From: Spirochaetia bacterium
GTDB lineage: Bacteria > Spirochaetota > Spirochaetia > DSM-2461
Direction: 5' to 3'
NCBI GenBank assembly: GCA_963668315.1
Contig: OY764216.1
Span: 3,552,001-3,616,000 of the forward strand
DNA: 64,000 bases
The notes beneath the pieces are model-generated. The model was not told the origin of the DNA. It saw nothing but the letters and a program-made list of their open reading frames with translations, and did not search any database. Below, piece after piece: positions 38,341 through 49,265 of the stretch; position 1 is the first letter of the stretch, and the number at the start of each line of letters is the position of its first letter. A program made the position numbers and the translations under genes.

Positions 38341-39291
38341 TCAGTCCCAGTCTCCCACCCTTATGACTTCCGGTTCCAGGTCAAAGCCGGTGGCCTCTTT
38401 TACCCGTTTCTGAACTTCCACGATAAGCTCGGATATATCCTCCGATGTGGCGCGGTTCTTATTTATCAGAATGTTGCCGTGCCAGGAAGAGACGGCGGCG
38501 CCTCCCCGGGTGAATCCTTTCAATCCGCATTCATCGATAATCTGTCCCGAGGGTTTACCGAACTTTCTGTCGTTCTTAAACGTCGATCCCGCCGACGGGG
38601 CTTTAAAATGTCCCTTCTCCAGGCGGCTCGCGGCGATTCGCGACATTTCCCCTTTTATGAGATCTCTATCGCCCGGACTCAAGCGGAAAGCCGCCCCGGT
38701 GATGATGAGGCCCTTCTTCTGAAAGGGGGAAATTTTATAACCCCAGTCATTCTTATCCATGGGGACGATTTTTACCTCATCATCGTCTGTCAGGACCTCG
38801 GCCCAGGAGAGGACATCGGCAATTTCCGAGCCGTAGCACCGGGCGTTCATATAGAGAGCACCCCCGACCGATCCGGGGAGACGGTTGAGGAATTCCAGCC
38901 CCGTAAGGGAGTAGTCGCACCCGGCCTGAACCAGGGCGTTTACCGTCGTACCCGCCCCGCAGATAAGGTCGTTATTTTCCAGACGGATATTATCGAGCCC
39001 CTCCATGGAGAGGGTGACACCGGGAATCCCCCTGTCGGAAACGAGAATATTGGCTCCCCCCCCCAGAATAAACAGGGGGAATCCCTGATTTCTGCATACT
39101 CTTCTGATATCAATAAGATCCTGAATATGACGGGGTATGACAAATACTTCTGCCTTGCCTCCGGAATGAAAAGTGCAGTGACCGTCCATGGGCTCTTCGG
39201 TAAAAAAAGGACAGGACGGAGGATTCTGGATGAAATATTCGGCGGCTCTCTTCACGGGGCCATCATAACGTCGATTCCCGTCCCTCGTCAA
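38341..39291 (-). CDS. murB: UDP-N-acetylenolpyruvoylglucosamine reductase
   Basis: 'LGGGANILVSD', 'GLEF...PGSVGGA.YMNA', 'PSAGSTFKN', 'HGNILIN' and 'LEPEV'. Confidence 0.95.
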   Translation of the reverse strand: MTRDGNRRYDGPVKRAAEYFIQNPPSCPFFTEEPMDGHCTFHSGGKAEVFVIPRHIQDLIDIRRVCRNQGFPLFILGGGANILVSDRGIPGVTLSMEGLDNIRLENNDLICGAGTTVNALVQAGCDYSLTGLEFLNRLPGSVGGALYMNARCYGSEIADVLSWAEVLTDDDEVKIVPMDKNDWGYKISPFQKKGLIITGAAFRLSPGDRDLIKGEMSRIAASRLEKGHFKAPSAGSTFKNDRKFGKPSGQIIDECGLKGFTRGGAAVSSWHGNILINKNRATSEDISELIVEVQKRVKEATGFDLEPEVIRVGDWD

Positions 39292-39980
39292 TCGGTGCCA
39301 TTTTCCAGAAGGGCCGTTACTTCGGTAAAACCGGACAGGGCCGCCCGGCCGGCGGGGTCGAGCTCATAGCTTCCTTTTTTCACCCGGTTGAACCAGCCGT
39401 AGTAATTATCCGATAGTATGCGCTGGGTCTTTTCTCCGCATCCCAGGGATCGTAATTCCCGGGGGGATAGGCAAGGCTTATCCTTCAGAAACCAGGCGAT
39501 TCTGATGGCTTCCTGCTTATAAGTGGATATTTTTTCGTCCGATGCGGTGCTTCCCCCCTTGTTGAATTCGCCGTAACGCCCTTCGATCTCCCGGAGTATC
39601 ATCTGCCTTTTTCTCTGGGCCATCCGCTCGGTAAAAGGCACGGGGTGTAAAACGACTTCAACCCGGGTTGATTTTTTCAGAAAACGGACCAGGATCAGCC
39701 CCGTTTCAAGCCTCCTGAGCAGATCCTTGAGAGATCGGTAGTTCGGAGGATAAGCGCCGCTTCCCTCCACAGGCACCGCCGCATAAACGGCGGCGGTGAT
39801 TTTTTTTCGGGAGACCGTCTGATAGACAAGGGAGAGGGAAAATCGGGTTTTCATCTCAACAATGATGAGTTCCTCTCCCTTGCGGGCGGTTATGTCGCAG
39901 TGTTTCACCTCCGAATTCACTTCGTAGCCCTGCTTTTCCAGGTAGCTTCTCAGGGGTGGATACAGATCCGTCTCTTTCAT
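39288..39980 (-). CDS. DUF2161-family putative PD-(D/E)XK protein
   Basis: 'MKETDLYPP', 'EV..CD......LIIVEMK' and 'ILSDNYYGWF.RV..G.Y.L'. Confidence 0.85.
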   Translation of the reverse strand: MKETDLYPPLRSYLEKQGYEVNSEVKHCDITARKGEELIIVEMKTRFSLSLVYQTVSRKKITAAVYAAVPVEGSGAYPPNYRSLKDLLRRLETGLILVRFLKKSTRVEVVLHPVPFTERMAQRKRQMILREIEGRYGEFNKGGSTASDEKISTYKQEAIRIAWFLKDKPCLSPRELRSLGCGEKTQRILSDNYYGWFNRVKKGSYELDPAGRAALSGFTEVTALLENGTD

Positions 39981-40098
39981 TGCTCCATTTTACCGGAAAA
40001 AACCCGTTTAAACATTGAAATAAACCGTAAAAATAGATATTTTTGTAATGAAAACAGTATGAACAGCCGGCTTCCGTCCGGCATAAGGAGATATTTAC

Positions 40099-41754
40099 AT
40101 GGTAGAATCGCTGAAAAAAAATAGTTTCTACGGCAAGAGAAAAGGACCGGTGGTCCTCTGTATCATGGACGGTGTGGGATTTGGCAAGTACGAAGAGGGC
40201 GATGCCGTGAAAGCGGCTATTACCGAAACCCTTGACGCCATGATGGCTACCAGCCCGGTAACCTCCCTGAAAGCCCACGGTACCTCCGTCGGCCTTCCCG
40301 ACGATTCAGACATGGGTAACTCCGAAGTAGGGCATAATGCCATCGGCTGCGGACGTGTTTTCGCCCAGGGCGCCAGACTCGTCAACGATTCCATCGGCAG
40401 CGGCAAAGTCTTTACCGAGCCGGTCTGGCAGAAACTGGTAAAGAATGTCAAGGACAAGGGCTCCACCATGCATTTCATTTCCCTCCTTTCCGACGGAGGC
40501 GTTCACTCCCATATCAACCAGCTCAAGGGACTGATCGAACAGGCCAAGAAAGAGGGCGTATCCAAGGTGAGGGTACATGCCCTTCTGGACGGCCGCGATG
40601 TCGGTCCCACAAGCGCCCTTGAATATTTCGATCCCTTTACCGAATATCTCTCCGGCCTGTCCGATGACAGCTTTGATGCCCGCATCGCCTCCGGAGGCGG
40701 AAGAATGGTGATAACCATGGACCGCTACGGTGCTGACTGGGGCATGGTCGAAAAGGGCTGGCAGACCCATGTCCTGGGCGAGGGAAGAACTTTCGCCAGC
40801 GCCCATGAGGCCATCGAAACCCTGCGCAGCGAGACGGAAGCCCTGGACCAGGACCTCCCCGCCTTCGTTATCGAGGATGAGTCGGGAAAACCGGTCGGCT
40901 CCATGAGCGACGGTGACAGTGTCATTCTCGCCAACTTCAGAGGAGACCGTGCCCTGGAGCTGTCCATGGCTTTCGACGGGGGCGACGATTTTGACAAGTT
41001 CGACAGAAAGTTCATCCCCAAAGTGGAATATGCCGGCCTGATGGAGTACGACGGAGATCTGCATATCCCCAAGCAGTACCTGGTATCTCCTCCCGATATA
41101 GACAGAACCATGGCGGAATATCTCTGTGCCACGGGGGTGAAGCAGTTCTCCATTTCCGAAACCCAGAAGTTCGGCCATATCACATACTTTTTCAACGGCA
41201 ACAAGTCGGGCAAATTCTCCGAGGAACTGGAAGATTATGTGGAGATTCCCAGCGACAACTGTCCTTTCGAGCAGCGCCCCGCTATGAAATGCGCCGAAAT
41301 TACCGACCGGGTACTGGGCGAAATCAAAGCCGGTGATTACAAGCTGATCAAGCTGAACTTCCCCAATGGGGATATGGTGGGTCATACAGGCGTATTCCAG
41401 GCCGTTGTCTGTTCCATGGAAGCCATGGACCTCTCGATCGGCAGGATGAAGAAAGCCATAGATGCGGCCGGCGGCATCATGATTCTCAGCGCCGACCACG
41501 GGAATTCCGACGATATGTTCGAGCATGACAAGAAGACCGGAGATGTGAAGGTAAAGAACGGGAAGAAAGTACAGAAAACCTCCCACTCCCTGAATCCCGT
41601 CCCCTGCATTATCTACGATCCCCAGTTCAACGGAGAGTATGATACGACCCTGAACGAAGGTCTCGGTATCAGCTCCCTGGCGGCAACGACACTTAACCTT
41701 ATGGGTTACGAGGCTCCCGCGGACTACGACAAGAGCGTTATTAGCTTTAAATAA
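40099..41754 (+). CDS. gpmI: 2,3-bisphosphoglycerate-independent phosphoglycerate mutase
   Basis: 'IMDGVG', 'MGNSEVGH', 'SDGGVHSH', 'DGRD', 'DMVGHTG' and 'ADHGN'. Confidence 0.97.
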   Translation: MVESLKKNSFYGKRKGPVVLCIMDGVGFGKYEEGDAVKAAITETLDAMMATSPVTSLKAHGTSVGLPDDSDMGNSEVGHNAIGCGRVFAQGARLVNDSIGSGKVFTEPVWQKLVKNVKDKGSTMHFISLLSDGGVHSHINQLKGLIEQAKKEGVSKVRVHALLDGRDVGPTSALEYFDPFTEYLSGLSDDSFDARIASGGGRMVITMDRYGADWGMVEKGWQTHVLGEGRTFASAHEAIETLRSETEALDQDLPAFVIEDESGKPVGSMSDGDSVILANFRGDRALELSMAFDGGDDFDKFDRKFIPKVEYAGLMEYDGDLHIPKQYLVSPPDIDRTMAEYLCATGVKQFSISETQKFGHITYFFNGNKSGKFSEELEDYVEIPSDNCPFEQRPAMKCAEITDRVLGEIKAGDYKLIKLNFPNGDMVGHTGVFQAVVCSMEAMDLSIGRMKKAIDAAGGIMILSADHGNSDDMFEHDKKTGDVKVKNGKKVQKTSHSLNPVPCIIYDPQFNGEYDTTLNEGLGISSLAATTLNLMGYEAPADYDKSVISFK

Positions 41755-41786
41755 AAAAAACCGCCCCGGAGGCGGCTTGCTTTGAG

Positions 41787-41821
41787 AAAATACCCCGGTG
41801 TTCAGAATCCGGGGTATTTTT
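41787..41821. terminator. Bidirectional terminator between gpmI and the symporter gene
   Basis: AAAATACCCCGG-10nt-CCGGGGTATTTTT. Confidence 0.8.
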
Positions 41822-41826
41822 ATGGA

Positions 41827-43119
41827 CTATTTATTCCATTTGGCCATATCCAGTTCCTTTTCTCCCTTGGTGACCAGGATCGTTCCCATCATGTCTCCGG
41901 TGACATTCGTAATCGTCCTGCCCATATCGAGCAGAGCGTCGATACCCAGAATCATGGCGTAGGCGGCGGCGACGGCCGATCCGGCCTCTATGGTAATCCC
42001 GACGGAATTAAGGACCATGAGAAGCATAATGGCTCCCGCACCGGGAATCCCGGCCGAACCGATGGAAGCGAGAACGGCGGTAAGAATGATGGTGAACTGA
42101 TCCGCCAGTGTCATATCCATACCTACCGCGTTGGTGATAAAGAGCGCGCAGACCCCCATATAAATCGCCGTCCCGTCCATATTGATGGTCGCCCCCAGAG
42201 GAAGGGTGAAGGAGGATATCTTCTTGGGAACCCCCAGGTTCTCCGTCATGTTTCTCATGGTGACCGGGAGGGTGCCGCTGGAGGAACGTGTCACAAAGGC
42301 CGTGATCATCGCTTCCCGCGCACCTTTGAAAAACGTCAGATACCCCAGCTTGTTGACAACAAGAAACAGACCGTAAACAACGGCTATCTGAAGGATAAAT
42401 CCCGCATAAGCGGTCAGCGTCACAAGACCCAGGGAACCGAAAGCACTGGCGCCCTGTTTACCGAAGACGACGGCGATAAGGGCGAATACACCGATGGGGG
42501 CGTATTCCAGTATCCATCGCACGATGACATACATGACTTCCGCCGCGCCGTCGAACATATCCAAAAGGACAGTTCCGCTTTTCTGCATGCGCGGATCATC
42601 GCTGTTTCGGACTACGGAAATCCCAATGCCGAAGATCAGTGCGAAAAAGATGATGGGAAGAACCTGACCCTGAGAAAGGGCTCCGAAGGGGTTCTTGGGA
42701 ATAATAGCCAGAAGGGTATCGATAAAACGGGGCTGCGCCAGTTCCTTGCCTGCCGCTTCGGCACTGGCCGCCAGATTGAGGCCGGAACCGGGATGAAAGA
42801 CATTGGCCACCAGAAGGCCGATTGTCACGGCCAGGGCCGAAGTCAGCATGTAATAGACAAAAATGCGCACTCCGATTTTTCCCAGCTCCCTGGGCTGTAT
42901 GCTGGCCGCTCCGACAACGAGGGACGTCAGAATCAAGGGCATGACGATCATCTTGAGCAGATTGACGAGAATGCTGCCCAACGGCTGAACAACAGCCACG
43001 GAAGGGCCGAAGACAATACCCGCCGCCGCGCCCAGTATGAGCCCGATTAAAATCCGAAGGAGCAGATTTGTCTGGAAATACCAGGAAAACAATCCTCTCC
43101 TGCCCGTTTTATCATTCAT
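41827..43119 (-). CDS. Dicarboxylate/amino acid:cation symporter (DAACS/SDF family)
   Basis: 'LLKMIVMPL', 'TRSSSGTLP', 'GATINMDG' and 'DMGRT..NV.GD'. Confidence 0.95.
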   Translation of the reverse strand: MNDKTGRRGLFSWYFQTNLLLRILIGLILGAAAGIVFGPSVAVVQPLGSILVNLLKMIVMPLILTSLVVGAASIQPRELGKIGVRIFVYYMLTSALAVTIGLLVANVFHPGSGLNLAASAEAAGKELAQPRFIDTLLAIIPKNPFGALSQGQVLPIIFFALIFGIGISVVRNSDDPRMQKSGTVLLDMFDGAAEVMYVIVRWILEYAPIGVFALIAVVFGKQGASAFGSLGLVTLTAYAGFILQIAVVYGLFLVVNKLGYLTFFKGAREAMITAFVTRSSSGTLPVTMRNMTENLGVPKKISSFTLPLGATINMDGTAIYMGVCALFITNAVGMDMTLADQFTIILTAVLASIGSAGIPGAGAIMLLMVLNSVGITIEAGSAVAAAYAMILGIDALLDMGRTITNVTGDMMGTILVTKGEKELDMAKWNK

Positions 43120-43375
43120 AAATAAACCTCCGAGAAAAATGAAAATGTGTCATATTTATCCAATTGTCCCATGAATAATCGTTTTTAGCAAGAAATATCT
43201 GATTTCCCCTCCTGAGGGGCGGAAAATAACGAAAAAAGGAGAAAAAAGGCAGTAAGGCCCCTTTTCCCTCACTCCTTTCTCAAAAGGATCATATCGGCTC
43301 CCTTGACAGGAGGAAGGTCAAAATGATATTTTTCTAGGCAGATTTTATTAATTGATACTATTCTAAGGAGATACT

Positions 43376-44119
43376 ATGTCCGGCCACAGTAAATGGCATA
43401 CTATTAAGCATAAGAAAGGTGCCCTCGATGCCAAAAGGGGAAAGCTTTTTACGAAGATCATTAAGGAAATTACCGTAGCAGCACGACTGGGCGGCGGAGA
43501 TCCCGAAGCGAATCCCCGTCTGAGAACGGTTCTCCTTAAGGCCAAGTCGGCCAATATGCCCAAAGACAATATCGACAGAGCCATCAAAAAAGGTACCGGC
43601 GACATGGACGGTGTCGACTATGTTGAACTCCAGTATGAAGCCTATGCCGCAGGCGGTGTCGGTCTTCTTATCGACGCTCTGACGGAAAATAAAAACAGAA
43701 CTGCTGCCGATGTAAGATCCATCCTTAATAAAAGCGGCGGACAGCTGGCGGCAACCGGCGCCGTATCCTATCAGTTCAACCGCAAGGGTACCATCGTTTA
43801 CAATCTGGAAACGGTTGATTTCGACGCGCTGTTCGAAGCGGCCCTGGAAGCGGGAGCGGAAGATGTTTCCGAAGACGGCGGCATTGCCGAAGTCGTGACA
43901 GACCCCAGCGCTTTCGGAGATGTTCTGGAAGCCCTTCAGGCTGCCGGTTTTCAGGAAGAGGATGCCGAAGTGGCCATGGTTCCCGATAATGTCGTAGCCC
44001 TGGATGATGAAAAAACGGCAAAGGTTTTAAGGCTGATTGAAAGGCTGGAAGACTGCGACGACGTTCAGTCCGTGGCCACCAACCTCGATGTTCCCGACGA
44101 CTTTGAAATGCCCGAATAA
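43376..44119 (+). CDS. yebC: YebC/PmpR-family protein
   Basis: 'MSGHSKWHTIKHKKG', 'NPRLR', 'NMPKDNI' and 'DDVQ.V..N'; TTGACA at 43303 upstream. Confidence 0.96.
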   Translation: MSGHSKWHTIKHKKGALDAKRGKLFTKIIKEITVAARLGGGDPEANPRLRTVLLKAKSANMPKDNIDRAIKKGTGDMDGVDYVELQYEAYAAGGVGLLIDALTENKNRTAADVRSILNKSGGQLAATGAVSYQFNRKGTIVYNLETVDFDALFEAALEAGAEDVSEDGGIAEVVTDPSAFGDVLEALQAAGFQEEDAEVAMVPDNVVALDDEKTAKVLRLIERLEDCDDVQSVATNLDVPDDFEMPE

Positions 44120-44607
44120 TGCGGGTTCTGGGAATTGATCCCGGATTGGCTTCAGTGGGATGGGGGATTGTCGAATCACGGCAGAATCGTCTCTCCCACG
44201 TGGCCCGGGGAACAATCAAAACAGCCAGCCGTGATTCTTCCGGCCTCAGGCTGAAACAGATTTACTGCGAATTACAAAAAATCATAGATCAGTACAAACC
44301 GGACGAGGCGTCTTTGGAAACGCTTTATTTTGCGAAGAATACCACCTCGGCTCTTCCGGTAGCCCAGGCCAGAGGCGTTCAGATCCTGGCCTGTGCCGAC
44401 GCCAATCTTCCCATAGGGGAATATACCCCGCTGGAGATCAAACAGGCCGTTGTCGGATCGGGAAGGGCGGAAAAGCAGCAGGTGGAACATATGGTTTATC
44501 TGCTGTTGGGCCTTCGGGAGAAGGAAAAATCCGACCATGCCACCGATGCACTGGCCGCCGCCATATGTCACATAAACAGGGGAGGTGCCTTTTGTGGAAT
44601 AGTATAA
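44119..44607 (+). CDS. ruvC: Holliday junction resolvase RuvC
   Basis: 'LGIDPG', 'E.LYF.KN', 'QARG', 'K.AVVG.G.AEK.QV' and 'D..DALA.AICH'. Confidence 0.96.
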   Translation: MRVLGIDPGLASVGWGIVESRQNRLSHVARGTIKTASRDSSGLRLKQIYCELQKIIDQYKPDEASLETLYFAKNTTSALPVAQARGVQILACADANLPIGEYTPLEIKQAVVGSGRAEKQQVEHMVYLLLGLREKEKSDHATDALAAAICHINRGGAFCGIV

Positions 44608-45191
44608 AGGGAGTTGTCACTCACATCGGAGCCGAAGTTCTGTATCTGGAGAACGGCGGTCTCGAATGGGAAATTGAAGCGTCCCCCTCAACCCTGTCAA
44701 AATTACCCCGCGACGGCAGTGAAGTCCGGATCTACACCTATCTCCAGCACAAGGAAGACATGATGAAACTCTACGGTTTTTCCACTCCCCGGGAAAAACA
44801 GCTGTTCATCAGCCTCATCGCCGTCAGCGGTGTGGGGCCGAAACTGGCCTTGAAGATCCTCACAGGGATGAAGCCGGACGATTTCATTACAGCCATGGAC
44901 CGGGAGGACGTGGACGGATTAATCCGCATTCCCGGACTGGGAAAGAAAACCGCCCAGAAGATTATCCTCCAGCTTCGCGGGAAACTCATCAGCGACGAGG
45001 ATACGGCGATTCCCGCTTCAGAGGGGGGGGAAATCGCCGAAGCCCTGGCCGCCATGGGCTTTGACAAGAAGAGCGCGGCCCGCACGGTGAACCGCCTGCT
45101 GGAAAGTCCCTCCGTAAAGGCCCTGGAGGGCCAGGCCCGTGAACAGGAAATCATGCGTCTTGCCATAGTTGATCTCAGCACATCCGTTTAG
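44592..45191 (+). CDS. ruvA: Holliday junction branch-migration protein RuvA
   Basis: 'LYGF', '[10 protein letters not shown]', 'IPGLGKKTA' and 'AL.AMGF'; TTG start 6 nt after SD GGAGG. Confidence 0.95.
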   Translation: MWNSIKGVVTHIGAEVLYLENGGLEWEIEASPSTLSKLPRDGSEVRIYTYLQHKEDMMKLYGFSTPREKQLFISLIAVSGVGPKLALKILTGMKPDDFITAMDREDVDGLIRIPGLGKKTAQKIILQLRGKLISDEDTAIPASEGGEIAEALAAMGFDKKSAARTVNRLLESPSVKALEGQAREQEIMRLAIVDLSTSV

Positions 45192-45199
45192 GGGTAGAT

Positions 45200-46231
45200 A
45201 TGTCCGACTACACCGAAGAAGAGAAGATACTCGCCAGGGAAGCCATAAGCGAGGAAGAGAACCGGGATAACCTTATCCGCCCCCATCTGCTCAGGGATTT
45301 CCAGGGGCAGTCGGAGGTCAAGGAGAACCTGTCCGTTTTCATTTCCGCCGCCCGTCAGAGGCAGGACGCCCTGGACCACGTCTTCATTTCGGGACCTCCC
45401 GGACTGGGTAAGACGACTCTGGCCGGCATCATGGCCAACGAGCTTGGTGTGGAGCTGAAAGTAACCAGCGCCCCGGCTCTGGACAAGCCCAAAGACCTGG
45501 CGGGACTCCTTTCCACCATTCCCGAAAGAACCGTCTTCTTTATCGATGAGATTCACCGCCTGAAACCGGCCATTGAGGAGATGCTCTATATCGCCATGGA
45601 GGATTACGCCCTCGACTGGATTATCGGTCAGGGTCCGGCCGCCAGGAACATCAGGATCCCCATCCCTCCCTTTACCCTCATCGGGGCGACGACGAAACCG
45701 GGACGTGTATCCAGCCCTCTTTTCACCCGTTTCGGTATTAACGTGAGGATGAACTACTACAATGAGACGGAACTGGGACAGATCGTCCGCCGGACGGCCC
45801 AGTTGCTGGAGATTCCCATCGAAGCGCAGGCGTCCCTCTTTCTGGCCCGCTGCTCCCGCGGAACGCCCCGGATCGCCAACCGCCTCGTGAAAAGGATGAG
45901 GGATTACGCCCAGATCGAAGGCAACGGAACGATAACGGAGGAAATCGTCAAATCCGGACTGACGAGATTACGGATAGACCATCTGGGCCTCGAAGAGATT
46001 GACCGTGAGATTCTGAGAACCATTATTACGAAATACTCCGGTGGCCCCGTGGGAGCCGAAACCCTGGCGATCTCCGTAGGCGAAGGAATCGATTCCCTCG
46101 AGGATTTTTACGAGCCCTATCTCATCCAGATGGGTTTTATCAAGAGGACTCCCCGGGGTCGGGTGGCCACCCCATTGGCCTATGAACACTTAAGGATTGA
46201 AACAAATGAAGACCAGCGATTTCTCTTTTGA
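45200..46231 (+). CDS. ruvB: Holliday junction helicase RuvB
   Basis: '[11 protein letters not shown]', 'FIDEIHRL', 'FTLIGATT', '[10 protein letters not shown]' and 'RTPRGR'. Confidence 0.98.
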   Translation: MSDYTEEEKILAREAISEEENRDNLIRPHLLRDFQGQSEVKENLSVFISAARQRQDALDHVFISGPPGLGKTTLAGIMANELGVELKVTSAPALDKPKDLAGLLSTIPERTVFFIDEIHRLKPAIEEMLYIAMEDYALDWIIGQGPAARNIRIPIPPFTLIGATTKPGRVSSPLFTRFGINVRMNYYNETELGQIVRRTAQLLEIPIEAQASLFLARCSRGTPRIANRLVKRMRDYAQIEGNGTITEEIVKSGLTRLRIDHLGLEEIDREILRTIITKYSGGPVGAETLAISVGEGIDSLEDFYEPYLIQMGFIKRTPRGRVATPLAYEHLRIETNEDQRFLF

Positions 46232-47243
46232 ACTTCCCGAGGAACTGATTGCCTACCATCCCCCCGAAAAAAGGGGAACATGCCGCCTGATGCATCTGGA
46301 CAGGGCCCGGGGTTCCCTCAGCCATCTGAATATGAATGATTTTCCCGATCTTTTACCCGATAATGCCCTGCTTGTGTTCAACAATACCCGGGTGCGGCGG
46401 GCCCGGATTTACGCCCGGTCGAAAGAAACGGGCGGCCAGATTGAGATTCTCCTTCTCAAGGACCTGGAAAATACCATGCTCTGGGAGTGTCTTGTCAGCA
46501 AATCCAAGAAACAGAAAACCGGTAAAACCTATAGCCTTCCCGGCGGAGCGGACGCTCAGATCGTGGCGGAAGAGGAGGGGGGTATCAGGATTATCCGCAC
46601 GGACCGTCCCCTGACCGAAGAGTATCTCAAGTCCAACGGCCATATTCCCCTTCCACCTTATATAAAAAGGGAAGATGAGGCGGGTGACGACACCAGATAC
46701 CAGACGGTATACGCCCGGGAAACCGGTTCCGTGGCGGCGCCCACGGCGGGATTGCATTTTACCGATGAGATCCTGGACCGCCTCAGGGCGAGGGGAGTCG
46801 AAACGGCGTTTGTCACCCTCCATGTGGGAATGGGTACCTTCGCGCCGGTCAGAGCCGAGGAAATCCAGAACCATAAAATGCACACCGAATCCTATTTTGT
46901 CTCGAATGAAACGGCCGAAGCTGTGGAAAGAGCGAAAAGGGAAGGGCGGCCCGTCATCGCCGTGGGGACCACGTCTTTGAGAACCCTTGAATCCTCCTGG
47001 GTGGAAACGGATGAGGGGGGAGCCATGAAAAGGGGCTCCTACGATACGGATATCTTCATCTATCCCGGCTACAAATTCAAAGTGATCGACGGGCTTTTCA
47101 CGAACTTCCATACCCCCGAATCGACCCTTCTTATGCTGGTCAGCGCCTTTGCGGGAAAGGAAAAGATAGACAGGGCCTACGCGGAAGCCGTCAGAGAGAG
47201 GTATCGTTTCTTCTCATACGGCGACGCCATGTTCATTCAGTAG
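46206..47243 (+). CDS. queA: S-adenosylmethionine:tRNA ribosyltransferase-isomerase
   Basis: 'DF.F.LPEELIA', 'PLPPYI', 'YQTVYA...[12 protein letters not shown]', 'TNFH.P.STL' and '[10 protein letters not shown]'. Confidence 0.98.
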   Translation: MKTSDFSFELPEELIAYHPPEKRGTCRLMHLDRARGSLSHLNMNDFPDLLPDNALLVFNNTRVRRARIYARSKETGGQIEILLLKDLENTMLWECLVSKSKKQKTGKTYSLPGGADAQIVAEEEGGIRIIRTDRPLTEEYLKSNGHIPLPPYIKREDEAGDDTRYQTVYARETGSVAAPTAGLHFTDEILDRLRARGVETAFVTLHVGMGTFAPVRAEEIQNHKMHTESYFVSNETAEAVERAKREGRPVIAVGTTSLRTLESSWVETDEGGAMKRGSYDTDIFIYPGYKFKVIDGLFTNFHTPESTLLMLVSAFAGKEKIDRAYAEAVRERYRFFSYGDAMFIQ

Positions 47244-47842
47244 GTGTTCTCGTCCATGGCCAGGAATTTCTCCCGCACCCGCGCGATGCGGGCCAGTTCC
47301 CGGTCAATGACCTCTTCATAGTTCAAATCGCCGTCCTGGATACGGAAATTCTCATCCTCCCAGTACTGAATATCATCCAGATTCATCCAGGCGAATTTCC
47401 TGTCCGAAGCCTTCTGCGACCACTCGACGGCCTCAAACCAGAACTCTTTTGCCAGTTTATAATAGGATTCCGCCTGATCGAGACTGTCAAGATTGGCGTA
47501 CTTCCAGGGATAGTTATAGAAATAGGCATCGAATTTATCGTATTTAGATCCCAGTTTCAGATAGGTATCCACGATGAGAAGATTCACGTGCATATAAAAC
47601 AGGTAGCGGTACTTTTCCCACTGTTTTTCATCTTCGATACGGCACAGGGCATTGAGAGGATTGGCAAAATCCGAATGGAGGGCCATGGAGAGGTAATTGA
47701 TATTTTCCGCCGAATCTTCCGGGTAATAGTAGAAATGCTGATGGTACAATCTGTAATACTGCTCGGCATAGAGCTTCTGTATGGATGAAAGAGAGGAGAG
47801 GACGGTCAGAAACAGGAGCGGAATAATAAGAAAACGCTTCAT
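47237..47842 (-). CDS. Exported alpha-helical hypothetical protein
   Basis: Signal-like N-terminus MKRFLIIPLLFL; aromatic-rich helical body. Confidence 0.75.
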   Translation of the reverse strand: MKRFLIIPLLFLTVLSSLSSIQKLYAEQYYRLYHQHFYYYPEDSAENINYLSMALHSDFANPLNALCRIEDEKQWEKYRYLFYMHVNLLIVDTYLKLGSKYDKFDAYFYNYPWKYANLDSLDQAESYYKLAKEFWFEAVEWSQKASDRKFAWMNLDDIQYWEDENFRIQDGDLNYEEVIDRELARIARVREKFLAMDENTY

Positions 47843-47942
47843 TACCCCTATTATCGGCTTCTTTTCCCAGGATTTCACTCAAAATTACAATACTGTAATC
47901 CATCTTTCGCTAATGCAAAAAATCTGCTATAATCCTTTGTCA

Positions 47943-48239
47943 GTGACAAGGTTCGGGATAACTCTTTTTTTTCTCATTGTTTTGCTGACTCCCTCTCTCT
48001 TTTCCCTTGAAGAACAGAGTTTTCAGGCGAAAATCCTCATCGAGGAACGGAAAGAACCTTCTCTTATCTTTCCCCTTTCCCGTCCCGATTTCAAGGATGT
48101 GGAGAATCAGTTTCTTTTGAAAAGTACCCGAGCCGAATATATATTATATGAAACGTCTCTGCCTTCCGAAGCGGATGCCAGGGATTTATGCGGTTTCCAG
48201 GAACCGAAGACACAAATCCCGAAAGGAGATATTCTGTAA
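47943..48239 (+). CDS. Small exported hypothetical protein heading the exbBD-tamB-bamA cluster
   Basis: Signal-like 'RFGITLFFLIVLLTPSLFS'; stop overlaps the next ATG (TAATG); TGcTATAAT just upstream. Start uncertain. Confidence 0.55.
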   Translation: MTRFGITLFFLIVLLTPSLFSLEEQSFQAKILIEERKEPSLIFPLSRPDFKDVENQFLLKSTRAEYILYETSLPSEADARDLCGFQEPKTQIPKGDIL

Positions 48240-48874
48240 TGCTGGATATGATCCGAGAAAGCTTTACCTTTCTCATTCCCATAATTCTTATTTCCCTCTA
48301 TATGCTGGCTCTGATTCTGGAGCTGCTTTTCTCCCTGAGAAAGCGTGTATTGAAGGATAAGCACTTTTCGCAGATTCTTTATCTGGTCGACAAGGGCCGT
48401 CTCCAGGAAGCAGCGGAAGCGACGAGATCGGTTTCCCAGGAAAGGATTCTTAAGGGTTCCCTGCGGATTTTTCAGAAGAACAGTCCCCCCGACAGGGAGG
48501 ATTTTCTCTTTGATCTGGCCATAAGGGAGATAGAGAAGATTAACCGCCGCGTAGGTCTTCTGCCCGCCCTGGCCAATATCTCCACCCTGATGGGGCTTTT
48601 GGGCACCGTGGCCGGTATGATCATCGTCTTTTACAATATGAGAATCACGGGCAGTTCCGATCCCTATGTACTGGCGGGAGGAATTTCCCAGGCCCTTATC
48701 ACCACGGCCGCGGGACTGATCATTGCCGTCCCGGCTTATCTTTTTCATCTTGTGCTGAAAAACCGGGTCCATATCATGGAAGAGCAGCTCGAACATACCA
48801 TTGACAGAATCATGAATCTGTACAGGGAGAGGCTTGAAGATGCCCGCAAGAAAGCTAGAATGGAAGAAAATTAA
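48239..48874 (+). CDS. MotA/TolQ/ExbB proton-channel protein
   Basis: 'STLMGLLGTVAGMI' and 'LAGGISQALITTAAGL'. Confidence 0.93.
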   Translation: MLDMIRESFTFLIPIILISLYMLALILELLFSLRKRVLKDKHFSQILYLVDKGRLQEAAEATRSVSQERILKGSLRIFQKNSPPDREDFLFDLAIREIEKINRRVGLLPALANISTLMGLLGTVAGMIIVFYNMRITGSSDPYVLAGGISQALITTAAGLIIAVPAYLFHLVLKNRVHIMEEQLEHTIDRIMNLYRERLEDARKKARMEEN

Positions 48875-49262
48875 GGCCGATGATCAGGAAGGGACACCGC
48901 TCCTGATCACCCCCTTGATCGACATAATGTTCCTGCTCCTCATTTTTTTCGTTATGAACACGAGCTTCAGCCGGTTCAGCCCCCTTGAGATTAATCTTCC
49001 CGAAAGCGAAGCCCAGTCTGAAACGGTCGGCGACCAGCTGACCCTGATCCTGAAGAATGACGGAAATATTGTAATCAACGGGGAAAGACTGACTCTGGAG
49101 ACCCTAACGTCCTTTCTCGAAAGCAGGAGAGAGGAAAGGGGTGAGGAAAGCGTCATCATCGCAGGAGACGAAAGCATAAGCTACGCCTTTCTTGTCCATG
49201 TCATGGATAAGGTCAGCCAGGCCGGTCTGCAGGATATTACCCTTTTAACGGAGAGTCAGTAA
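48840..49262 (+). CDS. ExbD/TolR biopolymer transport protein
   Basis: 'ITPLIDIMFLLLIFF' (essential Asp), 'INLP' and 'I.GD....Y...V.VMD....AG'. Confidence 0.93.
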   Translation: MPARKLEWKKIKADDQEGTPLLITPLIDIMFLLLIFFVMNTSFSRFSPLEINLPESEAQSETVGDQLTLILKNDGNIVINGERLTLETLTSFLESRREERGEESVIIAGDESISYAFLVHVMDKVSQAGLQDITLLTESQ

Positions 49263-49265
49263 TCA

